64,000 nucleotides of DNA. Source: Octopus sinensis (taxonomy: Eukaryota). Shown in pieces: positions 11,928 through 25,885 of this stretch; the stretch's first letter is position 1; each line of letters begins with the position of its first letter. The notes beneath the pieces were generated by a model. It was not told where the DNA came from. It made no database searches and saw only the letters and a program-made list of their open reading frames with translations. Position numbers and translations under genes: made by a program. The DNA lies in the NCBI RefSeq assembly GCF_006345805.1, contig NC_043002.1, positions 17,484,001 to 17,548,000 of the forward strand, in the 5' to 3' direction.

Positions 11928-14007
11928 GAGCGACATGAATATTACCGCAGCAGTAAGTTGCAGGAATGCCATACGCATCATGCTCGAATTGAGACTAGGC
12001 ACCACTCTGTCACTTGGTTAGACGAAATTCCTGGTTCGATGTATACGAAACAGTGAGTAATACCTTTCCACTGACGTTGATGGTTGCTTTTGGTTTTCGC
12101 TTACCAAAAGACGATAGTAGAACGCCTTACATTGTTAAAGTATCCAAATAATTTCTCCCTGTGTTGTTGATCATATATACCAAGCCATCAAGCTATCTGA
12201 AACGCTTGGTAAATTCACAGACTTCAGGTATTTTGGTGTGACACTGCGATTTAGATATGATATGTGCCTGTCTTTGATATGGGTTAGAGCGTTATGTATT
12301 TTCATTAGATTTTAAAATGGCAATATCACAGCATTTCCAGTGATAACATATTTGGACTTCATACTCATTTACTTCTAACCAGTAAACATAAACACAGATA
12401 CATTGACAGGCACACATATATAGCATAACAATTCGGTAGCCGATATACAGTTTTCTTCAAATAATTCTTTTGATCACTGGAAGCCTACAGTTGAAAAAAT
12501 GTCCTAAGACACCATGCATTAACATAGAGCCCCAAACCATACGAATGCAAATCCAGAAAGAACTTTATTAACAACGCTGATGTGTCTTTAACTTAATACT
12601 AAATGTATATTAAAATTGTCTCTTTTACATAACATGCGAAGCATTTAGCTTGCAAATATAAAATGAAGAAGTAAAAGTGCGTGTTTAAAATATATTTGGT
12701 ATACTTGGCAAATATCCTGTCAAGGAATGTCAATTTTATTATGTAAATAAGTAAACAGAGTGAAGTCTATTTCACATTAATAATACACAAGTCTTTGAAG
12801 ACAGACTGGCAGAAATTTTAGAGTGCATGATAAAAATTATTTTAGCATATATTTAAACACTATTACTAGCTACTAACAAGTTACAGAAGTGGCTGTACTG
12901 TAGGAGATTTGCATCACACTCAGGTAGTTTTGCAGTCGATCGATCCCATTATACAACCCCCATGGGATTAGTGTCACCTGACACAGATTCAAGTGGAACT
13001 TGGAGGACGTGAGCCTGTAGTGCGTTCAATATATATATATATATTTCATATAAATTAGTATACGTCTTTAAACAGAAAAATGGTGACCTTCACAGGACAA
13101 CTTTTATGCTGGAAAGGGCAACTAAAGTCCATACCAAGAATAAGAGTAATTTCAAATTATTTTTATAGAGCGTATATATATATAACGACACTGAGGTTTT
13201 TATTGCTCTGCCTCTATCTCTTTATTTCTTTTCTCCACTGTTAAGAGAGTACCAACTATTTTATATGAATATTGACCCTCTAGTTTCATGATCCAAAGTT
13301 ACGCTGTAATGATTAACTCCATTAAGAGCGAAACAACGTTATCTGCAGCTACTGGGGCATCCAAAACGGAAAAACAACGAGAAAACAATGAATTACAAGA
13401 AAATATTCTTTCATATGTTCTCTTCCCTTTAAGTGAAAAGACGTCACTCTCTTCTTATTCTTAGCAAACATTATTTCTCACAGCCTCGTACTTTGAAAGC
13501 AGAACAAACACTCGTGAGGCAAATTTCATATGTACCTGTTAAATAATTGTCGAATTCAGAATGTTACACTCATAACTGATGGCAAGGTGCCATGGTGAGA
13601 TGAGATACATTGGAAATTAATTTTAGTAATCACGATCTGATAAGCATGAAAATACGAACAGAGATTCCACATTCACAACCGAGAAAAAGCACAGAGGATC
13701 TTTTATATAGCTTGTAGCGAAAACAGTAATCGAACCTGCAGGAAGGACTATCAAACAATGCTAATAATTACAATGAAGAAAAAATAAGTACGGAACATAA
13801 AATAAATCCTTCAAAGACTCCGAGAATGGAATCCTAAACACCGTTAAACGTAAAGAAAATAGAAAATATCGATCGCCAGTCAAAATTCACACATAGAGAC
13901 GCACGCACACACACATATGTCCATACATGTACATATATATATAAATATAGGTACACATATGTATGTATATTTTGAGTGATGGCATGTGCATGTGTTTGTG
14001 TGTGGGG

Positions 14008-14063
<56 letters not shown>

Positions 14064-14066
<3 letters not shown>

Positions 14067-14580
14067 AGATAAATAAAAATATATGCATACATACAAACAT
14101 ATATGTACGTACCTACATCTACATGTATATATACATGCATATATAAATAATTATACGGAAGTACAGGACATCACAATAAGACGTAGAAACAGAAAAAGCC
14201 AAAAAACAAAAAACAAGAAAACGGAAAACGAAAACCAAATACAGGACAGGTACACAAGGACAAAACCCCCGTCATCAGCTGTCGCTAGAGGAGTCAGGCA
14301 TGTTTCGAAGGCATAACAGAACACTAATCCAATAGGCCTTCCTGCGAGAGAATTAAAATAAAATTTCAAGCAGCGGGGCACAATGAGTACGAACACAAAC
14401 AAGACGTAACAATAAGACTGCAAAATTAAAATACATGTAAAAAAACAAACACAAGAGGACGAACGAAAAAGCCTTTTTTCTGGCATAGACAAACAATAAA
14501 ACTGCAAAAATAAAAATACATGTACAAAAAGTACAATTAGTTACAAAACGAGAAAATAACAAGAATACTATACAGGAAAT
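14064..14580. repeat. ~517-bp direct repeat, copy 1
   Basis: Nearly identical to 14902-15421 (about 3 small differences). Confidence 0.95.
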
Positions 14581-14901
14581 TAACCACACAAGGGGACGAA
14601 CGAAGAAGCCTTTTTGCTGGCAAGGACGAAAGTGTAGTAGCAGCGCGTGGAGGCAGTCTTTTCAATAGTGGTAACCACGTGTAAAGGAATTTTGTTTTAT
14701 AGGCAAGGAAGAGGGAAGGAGGAGGGGGACACGCGGCGAAGAGAGAGGAGGAGGGGGGAGGAGAAAGATTGAAGAGGTTAAAGCAAAGGGAGAGAGTACC
14801 GCATCTTCAATATAATAATATTAATATAAAAAAAGGGGACCAAGAAGTGGATCGAAACGACGAATCGGAACGAACCTGATGCGGGGCGCTGTCAGACAAT
14901 A

Positions 14902-15421
14902 AGGAGATAAATAAAAATATATGCATACATACAAACATATATGTACGTACCTACATCTACATGTATATATACATGCATATATAAATAATTATACGGAAGT
15001 ACAGGACATCACAATAAGACGTAGAAAAACAGAAAAAGCCAAAAAACAAAAAACAAGAAAACGGAAAACGAAAACCAAATACAGGACAGGTTACACAAGG
15101 ACAAAACCCCCGTCATCAGCTGTCGCTAGAGGAGTCAGGCATGTTTCGAAGGCATAACAGAACACTAATCCAATAGGCCTTCCTGCGAGAGAATTAAAAT
15201 AAAATTTCAAGCAGCGGGGCACAATGAGTACGAACACAAACAAGACGTAACAATAAGACTGCAAAATTAAAATACATGTACAAAAACAAACACAAGAGGA
15301 CGAACGAAAAAGCCTTTTTTCTGGCATAGACAAACAATAAAACTGCAAAAATAAAAATACATGTACAAAAAGTACAATTAGTTACAAAACGAGAAAATAA
15401 CAAGAATACTATACAGGAAAT
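14902..15421. repeat. ~520-bp direct repeat, copy 2
   Basis: Nearly identical to 14064-14580. Confidence 0.95.
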
Positions 15422-15634
15422 ATATATATACGTTTAAATAAGTGAGAAGAAAACAAAGGACCACTGATGCGGTCACAGGAGTGTGACGAAAGAACTTTGG
15501 CCGAAATAAGATTAAGATGAATGTAAAAAATAAATATCACTGAAGCAAAATAACACCAAATATATAATGCGTGTGTTTTTGTTGGCTAAACTGGCAATAT
15601 GACCATTCCGAAATATATATTATGTATATATATA

Positions 15635-15687
<53 letters not shown>

Positions 15688-15789
15688 GATAGACGTATGT
15701 TTGTAATATGTGTGCAGTATACGCCTGCATGTGTTTGCTTATATCATTTCTTTAAATCATCGATAACTTGGTGTCTTGTTAGAGTCAAG

Positions 15790-15930
15790 TCTAACGTGCT
15801 GTCAACTATTTCTGGTTAGTGAGGAAACCCGAAACGCTGTGGCAGCTTGGGCAAATGTCTCCTACTATACTTTCGGGTAAACCACACACTTGTGAGCGGA
15901 TATGGTAGAGGAAAGCTGAATGAAGCTTGT

Positions 15931-15980
<50 letters not shown>

Positions 15981-16198
15981 TATACACACATATATATATA
16001 TATGTGTTTATATTTATATATATATATATGTGAGTATGTGTGTGCTTATGTATGTGTTCCAACTCATCGCTTATTTTCGTAACTATGCAGGCCAGTACTT
16101 TTACAAAAGTACTGTAGTCGATTCATTCAACTAAAATCCTTCAGACCGGTGCCCCACCATGGTTGCAGTCTAATGACTGAAAGCATTAAATGATAAAA
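15790..16198 (+). mobile_element. SINE family A, old diverged copy
   Basis: TTGGGCAAATGTCTCCTACTATA, TTGTGAGCGGATATGGTAGAGGAAAGCTGAATGAAGC, central microsatellite, GTCGATT...ACTAAAA and CATGGTTGCAGTCTAATGACTGAAA align to family A. Confidence 0.75.
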
Positions 16199-16221
16199 TA
16201 TGTTTCTATTTATGTATTTAT

Positions 16222-16276
<55 letters not shown>

Positions 16277-16516
16277 GTGTGTGTGTATGGATAAAAGAGA
16301 TTATAAGTGAATAAATCATTGATATACCTGTCTATATACATGTGTCCATGTCTTTAGCTTAGTGTTTCTTTAAGGATGAGATTGTGTAGACGTTCAAATA
16401 CATACCCTAATGTTTACATGTATTGCATTATTTCATTAGTATCTAATCAATTAAATTTATAGAGGTATACTTGTATAGCAAGTGACCTGATCTGAGATCT
16501 ATGATGAAACAAAAAC

Positions 16517-16703
16517 AATTGCAGCGTGGAAGACCGCAACCTGTTCACTGAAAAAATTCTGTGCTGCACGGAATTTTGTTAGTGAACAGGTCGCAGTCTC
16601 AAAACTACGAAAACATTTTGACAGGTTAAATTTAAATGATGAAGGGAATATAACGATTTTTGTGTATTTTTAAATGGCTTATAAACACCTTTCACGCTAC
16701 ACT
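16517..16703. mobile_element. Palindromic MITE-like element, left arm partly deleted
   Basis: GACCGCAACCTGTTCACTGAAAAAATTCTGTGC-T-GCACGGAATTTTGTTAGTGAACAGGTCGCAGTC forms a hairpin; the right arm matches the reverse complement of 5992-6133. Confidence 0.75.
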
Positions 16704-16739
16704 TAAATTTAGTTGTTATACAGAGCGGACAATGGGAAA

Positions 16740-17660
16740 GTCTATCGACACCAGGAAAGACTGGCGGAGGCTGCGGTCTTATAATCTTCGCCTCTGTAAC
16801 ATTTTGTAACAGCTACTAATGAGAACGACATACCTATGATTGACCGAGAGGAGGTAGTCGAGAATCAATCAAACCCAGTTAACACGGAAATTACCTTGGA
16901 CATGAATACGGCTAATCCCTCGAATAGCGAACGAAGTGCAAACAACTTTGTATGCAAACGGTGTTGTAGGACATTTGCAACCGAGACAGGCTTGAAGATA
17001 CACCAAGAAAAGACTTGTAAGAAGAGGTCAGAGCTATATCATGTGATCGTAAAACACGTGGCAAATCATCCTCGGACTCAAACCACCCTGGATCGATAAC
17101 TGCTACAGCAAAAACCCCTTCCCAACGGGAAACTGCGGGTTATGAAACTAGTACATTAGATGATACTTGGAGGAAATCAAGTTACTACTAATGAGAAAGG
17201 AAGATATAAAGAGTTTGAAAACAAAGTATGTCAAGTTCTTTATAAAATGACAGGATCTGTAATGGAGAAACTAGGTAAGTTAACAATGTCAATATACGAT
17301 ACAGGAAAATAATTATTTGAAGTGAAAGACAGTATCCGATTAGCGAAATGATTTCAATCGAGGTCGGATGTAGAGTATTGGTTGGACACAGTGTGAGGCG
17401 ACTGTTTTATCGTTAGGCCTAACTCATCGTGAATTAAATACTACCATGACCGATATCCAAACTACAGTGGAAAAGGCTAGCCACTGGATTTGGTTAAAAA
17501 GGCACGATTAGGGATGGCTAGAAGTATGTTGCGCTTTATTTGATAACCAGTTGATCTAGAAAGCGGTGTCTCATATCAGTGAGGGTGACCGGTGCGCATT
17601 CATACCGTCGGGAGCTAGTCCCCGAAACGGCGCGCATTCTCTCCTGATGACTACAAACAC
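16740..17660 (+). mobile_element. Hero/R2-group (restriction-like endonuclease) non-LTR retrotransposon remnant with the RT deleted
   Basis: N-terminal zinc finger CKRCCRTFATETGLKIHQEKTC; then NEKGRYKEFENKVCQVLYKMTGSVMEKLGKLTMSIY; then the C-terminal IEVGCR and VEKASHWIWLKR motifs that I recall from Hero-type ORFs; no RT motifs between them. Confidence 0.7.
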
Positions 17661-18421
17661 TTGCTGTCTTCCGGTATGCGGAGCTTTAGACTTGAAGCAC
17701 TTGTTTGCAGAACATGCATATATTTGTCTGCATGTGCGCGCCAGTGTTGAACATTCTACACCATCGTAATTATTCGCTTGATTTATTAATTCATTTATTA
17801 ACCAAAAAATTAAAATTCTTAGGAAAGAAATAACTCAGTTTTAACTGCGTAGGAATATGTATGAGGCTGAATCTGTGTGTTCTTGAGAATATAAGACGTG
17901 ACGAATGTTCTTTATTAATTAATCAGCCGGTGGTAAAAAGCTCTTGAGAATTAATTTTCGGCAAAAACACAGCAGTATCAAATTACAAAGCAAACATCCT
18001 GATGACCTTAGAAAAGACACTAGCTATAATAGGTGTGTGATTTCCGTGTCACTTCCCTCTATTCCTTTGTTTTCTTTGATTCAGGCCAATTCTTGATCTG
18101 TGGTTTTTTTGTGCAGCTATTTTTTTATTTCGTGTTTCAACTATTAGATGTTAATGAAATGATAAGAACATCCTCAACCACGGGTATATATATTCTGTCA
18201 CTTAAGGAAACACTAAGCAATTCTATTTAAACATAGACCTTATGAGTTGACATTTTCCAGTATTGCTTGAGGTATAGATAGTGATTCAATGCATTATTTC
18301 GTATATTAAATAACAATATTCCATCAGTAACCATCTGGTAAAGTATCAGTGAAACAATTGTAGAATTATGCCATAAAGACAGTTGCTCATTCAGTTTTAA
18401 TTCTTAATACTTACTCACATA

Positions 18422-18620
18422 AAGGCGGCTCGCTGATAGAATTGTTAGCACGCCTGGAAAAATTCTAAGCGGTGTCTTGTCCGTCTTCACGTCCTGAGTT
18501 CAAATCAACCGAAGCCGACTTTGCTATTCATCCTCTCGGGGTCGATAAAATAAGTAACAGTTGAACAATGGTGTCGACTTAAATGACTTAATCCACCCCA
18601 TCCCCCAGGATCTACTAGAC
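18422..18620 (+). mobile_element. SINE family D, diverged copy
   Basis: AAGGCGGCTCGCTGATAGAATTGTTAGCACGCC...CTGAGTTCAAAT...TTTGCTATTCATCCTCTCGGGGTCGATAAAATAAGTA matches the reverse complement of the 19.1-19.7 kb units. Confidence 0.8.
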
Positions 18621-19086
18621 TTCGAAATACGGTATTTCGTCTGTGTGTGTGTTTGTGTGTGTACCACTGTTTCTCTCTCTACCTTTATATCAGGGGCTCT
18701 AATACTGTTAGATCGGTGGGAAGAAAAGTGAATATGTGCAGTAAAGTCGAAAATAGGGATATATGATGATGTCCAATCGAGCGGAGATAGTTGTGATTGT
18801 ATGTATTTATACATACACTGTATATATGTGTGCCATTTCTTAGTAGTTGCGAAGTAAATATTTTAACCATACATTTCTTTGCACAGCAATTTCCTTTTCT
18901 TTTTTATAGCAATATGTAATGAATGGCTTTCTTTGTTTCAGGTCATTTCTGACTGTCTTTGTAGTCAGAGATAACTTCTAAGATAATCATCCAAAACAAG
19001 AATGATCCTTTGAAATCATTCACACAGGTTCTATCAATGAAATTTCACTCGCAGTATTTTGGTTGACCGAGCTGTGACCGAAAATA

Positions 19087-19746
19087 CCTTTCTTTACTAC
19101 CCACAAGGGGCTAAACACAGAGGAGACAAACAAGGACAGACAAACGGATTAAGTCGATTATATCGACCCCGGTGCGTAACTGGTACTTATTTAATCGACC
19201 CCGAAAGGATGAAAGGCAAAGTCCACCTCGGCGGAATTTGAACTCAGAACGTAACGTCAGACGAAATACCTATTTCTTTACTACCCACAGAGGGGACAGA
19301 CAAGGACAGACAGACGGATTGAATCGATTATATCGACTCCAGTCCGTAACTGGTACTTATTTAATCGACCCCGAAAGGATGAAAAGCAAAGACGACCTCG
19401 GCAGAATTTGAACTCAGAACGCAGTGGCAGACGAAATACCGCTAAGCATTTCGCCCGGCGTGCTAACCTTTCTGCCAGCTCACCGCCTTAAACGTAAGGA
19501 CAAACGAAATACCTATTTCTTTGTTACCCACAAGGGGCTACACAGAGAGGGGACAAACAAGGACAGGCACACGAATTAAGTCGATTATATCGACCCCAGT
19601 GCGTAACTGGTACTTATTTAATCGACCCCGAAAGGATGAAAGGCAAAGTCGACCTCGGCGGAATTTGAACTCAGGAAGTAACGGCAGACGAAATACCGCT
19701 AAGACTTTCGCCCGGCGTCCTAACGGTTCTGTCAGCTCGCCGCCTT
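19087..19746 (-). mobile_element. Tandem trimer of SINE family D flanked by a 15-bp direct repeat
   Basis: Three units sharing GGTACTTATTTAATCGACCCCGAAAGGATGAAA and GAATTTGAACTCAG; CTGTGACCGAAAATA at 19072-19086 and 19747-19761. Confidence 0.9.
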
Positions 19747-21105
19747 CTGTGACCGAAAATATTCATCGAATGTTTGCGGCATGAGTTAGAAACTGTAACC
19801 CCATATTTAGAAAGCGAATGTCTCAACCTTAGCCGGACTGCTTTAAATATATGTTCTCCTCATCAATACACTCCATAAAACTGGCTACAATAACTCATAA
19901 CCTTTGCATGTGAACTTATCTATTTGGTTATTTACTTTTTCTACTTTAATACACACACAGACACATATATACACGCGCATAAAACCTACAAAGAAGTAGT
20001 GAAATAAAATCAAGACATATGCAAATATGTAACAAAACAAATGCTTTCTGAGTCACAGAAACACAAAACAAATCTAAAAATATATATAATCTTGTCAAAT
20101 AACATGTGAAATTTAAATGTTAGCTTTATTGTATATTGATGTTTTGTAAACGCAAAAGTAAATGCCAGTGAAGTAAGTCTGCACTCTACTTTTTAAAGTT
20201 TCTGTAATACACAATTTTAAAACTTTCAGATATCTAGCTTTAAGACGTTGACTATAAATGGAAGTGGAAACCAGAAAAGGTTATATGTCAATGTAAAAAT
20301 AAAGGAAAAACAAAGAAAACAGCAAAGAAAAAAAAATCAAACTATTCACTTTTCTTTGATGTTGGAAGTCAAATTATCTTTATATGAAACTTCAGAAAAA
20401 TTAGTGAACAACTTGAAATGAAACGCATTATGTTTGAAATATCTATTTTATCGATGTGTTCGAGGCAAATACTCCAAGAAGTAAGATAGCGACCGAGATA
20501 ATTTTTACTTATCGCGGAAATACCTTTGACAAATAGGTGAAATTCTCAAATGCCCCTCACCTACCATCCTTATACAAAATCACTTATCTCTCATTGATTG
20601 ATGCCTCTGGCCATAAGGAGTCAAAGCTTGACTCTATTTATCGAACTATTGCGTGGATAATTATGTAAATATTGATATCATAAGAAAAATTGAATATTCA
20701 CGCGAAAGAGCTACTTGGTTCTCTGGTACGTCTTTTACGTGACTGTCCCTGATGATCAAGTTGTCGGGAGGAAGAATTAATTGTTGCTCTTATTTAACCC
20801 CAGGTCAAAGCTCATCACACAGACCTATCATTTAGGTGTTCCTGCAAACTCCATCACGTCAGTTGTTCACGCATCTACCTAGTGCCACAACATCCAAATA
20901 TTCTGCTCCATTTAAGATTGCTGGCTGTAATTTTCTGGAAATTTGGTTGATTTTTCTAGGAACCAGCCAAATGGTTGCTGACATAAAAAATGAAGATGTT
21001 TTAGTTCTATATGGCAATAGTCACGAATACATTTCGTTGTTTTTGCGTGACACACTGGCCAAAATACTTAAAGTAGGGGTACAGAGTATAAATATATGTA
21101 CATAA

Positions 21106-21540
21106 GCGGCCGTCCAAACAAAGGCAAACGATTATTAACACCTTTTTCAGACAGCACATCCCGGAATAAATGATATAAAACCATTTAGTGAAGCAGATTC
21201 CATTTAGCGTTATGCCAACATGGTAAACTTTACCAACACTTTACCAATTCCTTGGAGATTGAGATATATAATAACATCAGAGTCATTCAGGTTTCATTTT
21301 AAAAATTACTACTACTGATAACATCCGAAGTATACAAGGATGCATCCTTAACATTTCTAAGATGCTAATAGTAATATATGGCTGAGTAAACCACTTTACA
21401 CGGGAAATTTAAACCACTTTCGTACAAATTATTGGTTGAGATTTTTCTTGTTACATAACACAAAGGCGGCCGTCCAAACAAAAGCAAACGATTATTAACA
21501 CCTTTTTCAGGCAACACATCCCGGTATAAATGATATAAAA
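21106..21540. repeat. Two 75-bp direct repeats exactly 360 bp apart
   Basis: GCGGCCGTCCAAACAAA(G/A)GCAAACGATTATTAACACCTTTTTCAG...CACATCCCGG(A/T)ATAAATGATATAAAA at 21106-21180 and 21466-21540. Confidence 0.9.
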
Positions 21541-24500
21541 GCTTTTTTCTGATTCAGTCATGATTGTTTATGACTTAGAAATCTGTTCGTATTGTTTTTA
21601 GTAAAGTGGAAAACTATACAGGAGTACGACGATATGCTTATGGTATTTATCCGTTCTTTAGATTTTTGTTTCCTAACATTGAACAACAAATAATTTATAT
21701 TTTATATTGTTACCGATGTGTTTATTAGTTCAATGAAAAAATTGTCACGAAGCAGTCTCAGATACAGATTCAGTTGTTATTTTACGTTCACTCCAATGAA
21801 TTATTAAAAACAAATTTTTCATTCGACTGTTCTATTCACACACACAAACACACACAGACACACACACATACGCACACACATAAAATAAACTCACATACAC
21901 ACTCATACACACACATTTGCAAAACTCATTAATGCCATGCTCTCACTCTTCAAGATCTGGTTTCAGTCTGTCTGAGAACTAGTTTGATACGTATGTGTTT
22001 GTATGTATGTATAGATGTATGTATATGTGTGTGTGTATATGCATGTATCGATGGATGCATGGATGTATACATGTATTTATATTCGGATGTATATATGTAT
22101 GCATATATGTATATATGTATACATGTTCATGTTTATGCAAACGTATGAGTATTTAATTATGTGTGTGTGAAGTGTAGCAGTTGTTTTTTGTCTTCTTTGA
22201 ATAAGTAGGTATTTGTGTGTATGTTTGCGCGTGTGCGTTCTTGTGTTCATTTGCTATCGTTATGCCTCTGTGTGTGTGGTGTGTGTGTGTGTGTGTGTGA
22301 GTTGTGTGCCTTTGCGCGTTCTTTTGTGTTCTTGCATGTTCTCTTGTGTATGGTTTGTACTAAGATAGTTTATGAGTTCATGTATTTATTTTTTTGGATT
22401 TGTGTATTTCTCGATCCCATTCAAATACTAGCCTATATATACTTACCTATAGCCATACATGACCCCACCTATGCGGACGGCTACACGACCACACGTGCGT
22501 TTCGTGTGTAGTGGCAGTAGTTCTATTATCTACTAAGCATGTTTTCTATTTAATATTCAGGGTGCCTCATTTATGAGAACATACTCAAGTATCTGTTGTG
22601 ACAATAAGTATCAGGCATGTTTGGACTACATTCCAATAATAATTTGATTCAGCATGCCACTATGTTGATCTTTGGCATGATGATAGAGTATCGACGACCG
22701 CTGCCTTTCATATACTGCCACCAATGATCATTTAGACTCTCAGCTAAACTCTAGAAGTCTCCCCAGTGTATGCTGCATTCCGCTTCCTCCACGTATTTAA
22801 TTCAGTAGACAACATTTCTGATCGTATAGCTACTACTAGCATTTAAAGTATACTCACTGAAGTTCCTATCAGTACATGTAGTCTTGTCAAAGTTCGTATG
22901 TCTTACATACTAGTGATTGATCGACCTCCTGGTTTTTCTATATTTTTAATTTTGATTTTAGTTTCACACACACACACACACACACTCACACAAACCCCAC
23001 AACACACTTACTCATTCACGCATGTGTGTGTGTTTGCGCGCGCTTGTTGTAATACAAACATACATGCATAATTAACAGGTTCATATATCCTTCGACGTGG
23101 GTAGTAAATTCGATGCGAAAATATTCTCGAGAGAAATATTTCCGCATAAACAATGTCTAATGGCATGTCATCGGATCATAGTACGCATGGAGTTCTGTGT
23201 TGTTACGTTTCGCCAACTTCGAATACCGAATCAGTTGCTTATAGCCTTGTGAGGTGAACTTTTCGTATTTCTAAAAATATCAAATAGTATATACCTAGAT
23301 ATACACAAAGCTTGCTATAACTATAATTTATTGATTAGACAGTAAAACGCAAGATATTCTAACATCAAAGTGGACACGAACGGGTTAAACATGATTGAAC
23401 TCTTATATTTCATTTACCAGTGTTTCGTGCACCTTTCACGGTAAGTGACATCATTACTGTTGATTAAATATCTGTTCTATTTTACTCTATTTCAATAAAA
23501 ACCAATATGGGCTTTAAATAATTATGTCAAAGCAAAAGTAACTAGCACATAAATTATGAATCCTTTCCTGTGTAAGAGAATATTAAAAGCTAATCCCAAA
23601 AAACAAAAGAATTTATTCCTGTACAATTAGATTAATTTCCGCATAAAATGTAAAGCAAACAATCATATGAAATTATATGACATATGGTCAGATAAGAGTA
23701 GAGAATCAAGTAAATGTAATATTACCATTCATGTAATACATTATTAATGAAATGATTTAAAATGAAATTAGAAACATTAAACTTTGAGAAATGTCAGTTC
23801 ACCGAAAATGAATTTGTAAAATGGCACGTAATGCCAAGGATATAGAGATTCATAGAAGTCAAACTGTGGATAAAAGTTTTAAAATATTCTGGACTACGAA
23901 CAGGCGAAGGGAATTCTAATCTGTTGCTCTAGTTGCTCCTTTTACCTGAAAAAATCTCTCTCGAATAACGCTCTATTGGCTTAAACATGTAAGAGATTGA
24001 ATGATCTCAAGTTCAAATCATGCCGTCGGATATGTATGTACATATAAACTATATAGGAATATATATGATGCTTCATCTTAGATGAGAATATCTGAGATAA
24101 TATTTGAGAAAAAAAAGAGGATCAACCTAACTGAATCCTAAAGATGGTATATATTTTGGAGGCGCCAAAAATCATTTTTTTCGATAGCTACATACATCGT
24201 CATATAATACATATGAAAATGAAATTATCTGAAGAAAGTAATTCCTTCAAATTCATTTAAGATATTGATATAAAAATAAAATAGTCAAATGTGTATGAAT
24301 TACAGACTGGGAACTGAAGCACTGTGAGACAAGAAATTTTGTGATACAGATTAAGACTTTGCTTTCTGGTTCAGGCCATAAGAAAATGATTTATGTACAA
24401 TAAAGTATGCACAATAAAGGAAAATCGTAAACTTAAATGTCAGATCGAAGGAAAGATAGGGAAAATAATGTAAAGTACATGCTTAGTAGAAAATATAAAG

Positions 24501-25885
24501 AAAAAGATTAAGAGCAAGAAAATGAGAATAACGAAGCGCATAAGAAAGAGATTTCCCTGTAAGATGGTAAGATGTTTTGCGGTCTGGAAGTGGGTTTTTT
24601 TAATTTTCTAATATCTGGTCATATGAGAGCATTTATTAAAAGTTATATTTTTAGAATGGGGCAAACAAAGGTGCAAGAAATTATGCAGTTATGAGCTTAC
24701 CTTTTGTATGCCTTTTATCCTTAAGTCACTCTCTATTTACTATTCCCTTTCGTATTCTGACGATATATAGTCTTCTACAGTCTCAGTCGTTATCATTCTG
24801 GATGATGGCTAAATAGTAAATAGTCAGTGCATTTCCATTTAAATTGACCCTGTGTCATACCAATATATCACTTTCTAAGTGTTGTTTTATTCTTCACAGT
24901 TGTGTTGACCTCTGTCTTATAACCAAATGACACGTTACTGCGTTTATGATTTAAAGATACTAAAGCATCTACTTTACTATCTTTACTGATCAAATTATTT
25001 TATTCAAAAAGACATTTTTCTTCTCTCACGCGAGATGTCATGGAGTTGCAACGTTGAATAATTCATTTATCATATAAAAATGGGTGAGTATTATTTAGTG
25101 AACTAAATAGGGGTTGCATTTTGAACGAAGCTATTCATAAGCTACAAATACGTATTTGTGTTCTGCTAATCAAAAATCAAACAGATGATTCTTCACCTAA
25201 AGTGAAATGTCTCAAATCATCCTAACACATCAAGCAGAGAATAATATATATGTTTATATACGTGCCTATGTGTTTGAAGATTGTGGATGTGTGGGTGTGT
25301 GAGCGAGAGAGAGTTTAAAATGGAAGCTGTTTCGTTTTAATAAGCATACAATTTAACATAGCTTTTAGTGTGTTACTTCATTTATTTAACGTCCATGTAG
25401 GCAATAAAACTGGTGAATCTGATACGTATCTTGGCTCGTTGCACATTCACAAGGAACCAACTCCCATCTTTTGTACGCAGACTCGATAGTAACAAACTGG
25501 TGAATCTTCAGCTCTATATGATATATGATATCCTGAAAATGCAACTGTACTTAATGCATGTCTCTTTAATCAATTCTAGCTCGACAAAGCAACAGAAAAT
25601 TTGATACTTGATGTTTAAATATAAGAGCAGTAGTTCTTATCAGTGAAGACAGGTAAGGCATTTGTAGCTAACAAATGGTAAACAAACAGAAATATATGTC
25701 CAAAGTTTCGGCGATGTCATGCAAAACCTTGGGATATATTTTTACGCATATTGTCTATAAGATGTTTTCCCTCGAGACAGCATATTTTCTGGAGTGAAAC
25801 TTTTCCATGTCTGAATATAAATGCACCTGTTAAATATAGTTTTGTACAACGATATTTCAATGAACGTTGCTTTCTGTGCTTCATA

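Noticed and set aside
19087-21540. CRISPR-like arrays from repeated units
   Set aside because: The units are SINE multimers or two-copy repeats, not repeat-spacer arrays; the context is eukaryotic with no cas genes.
23190-23250. CTGAT...GAAACGTA on the minus strand
   Set aside because: The core reads CTGATTC and no stem II is present.
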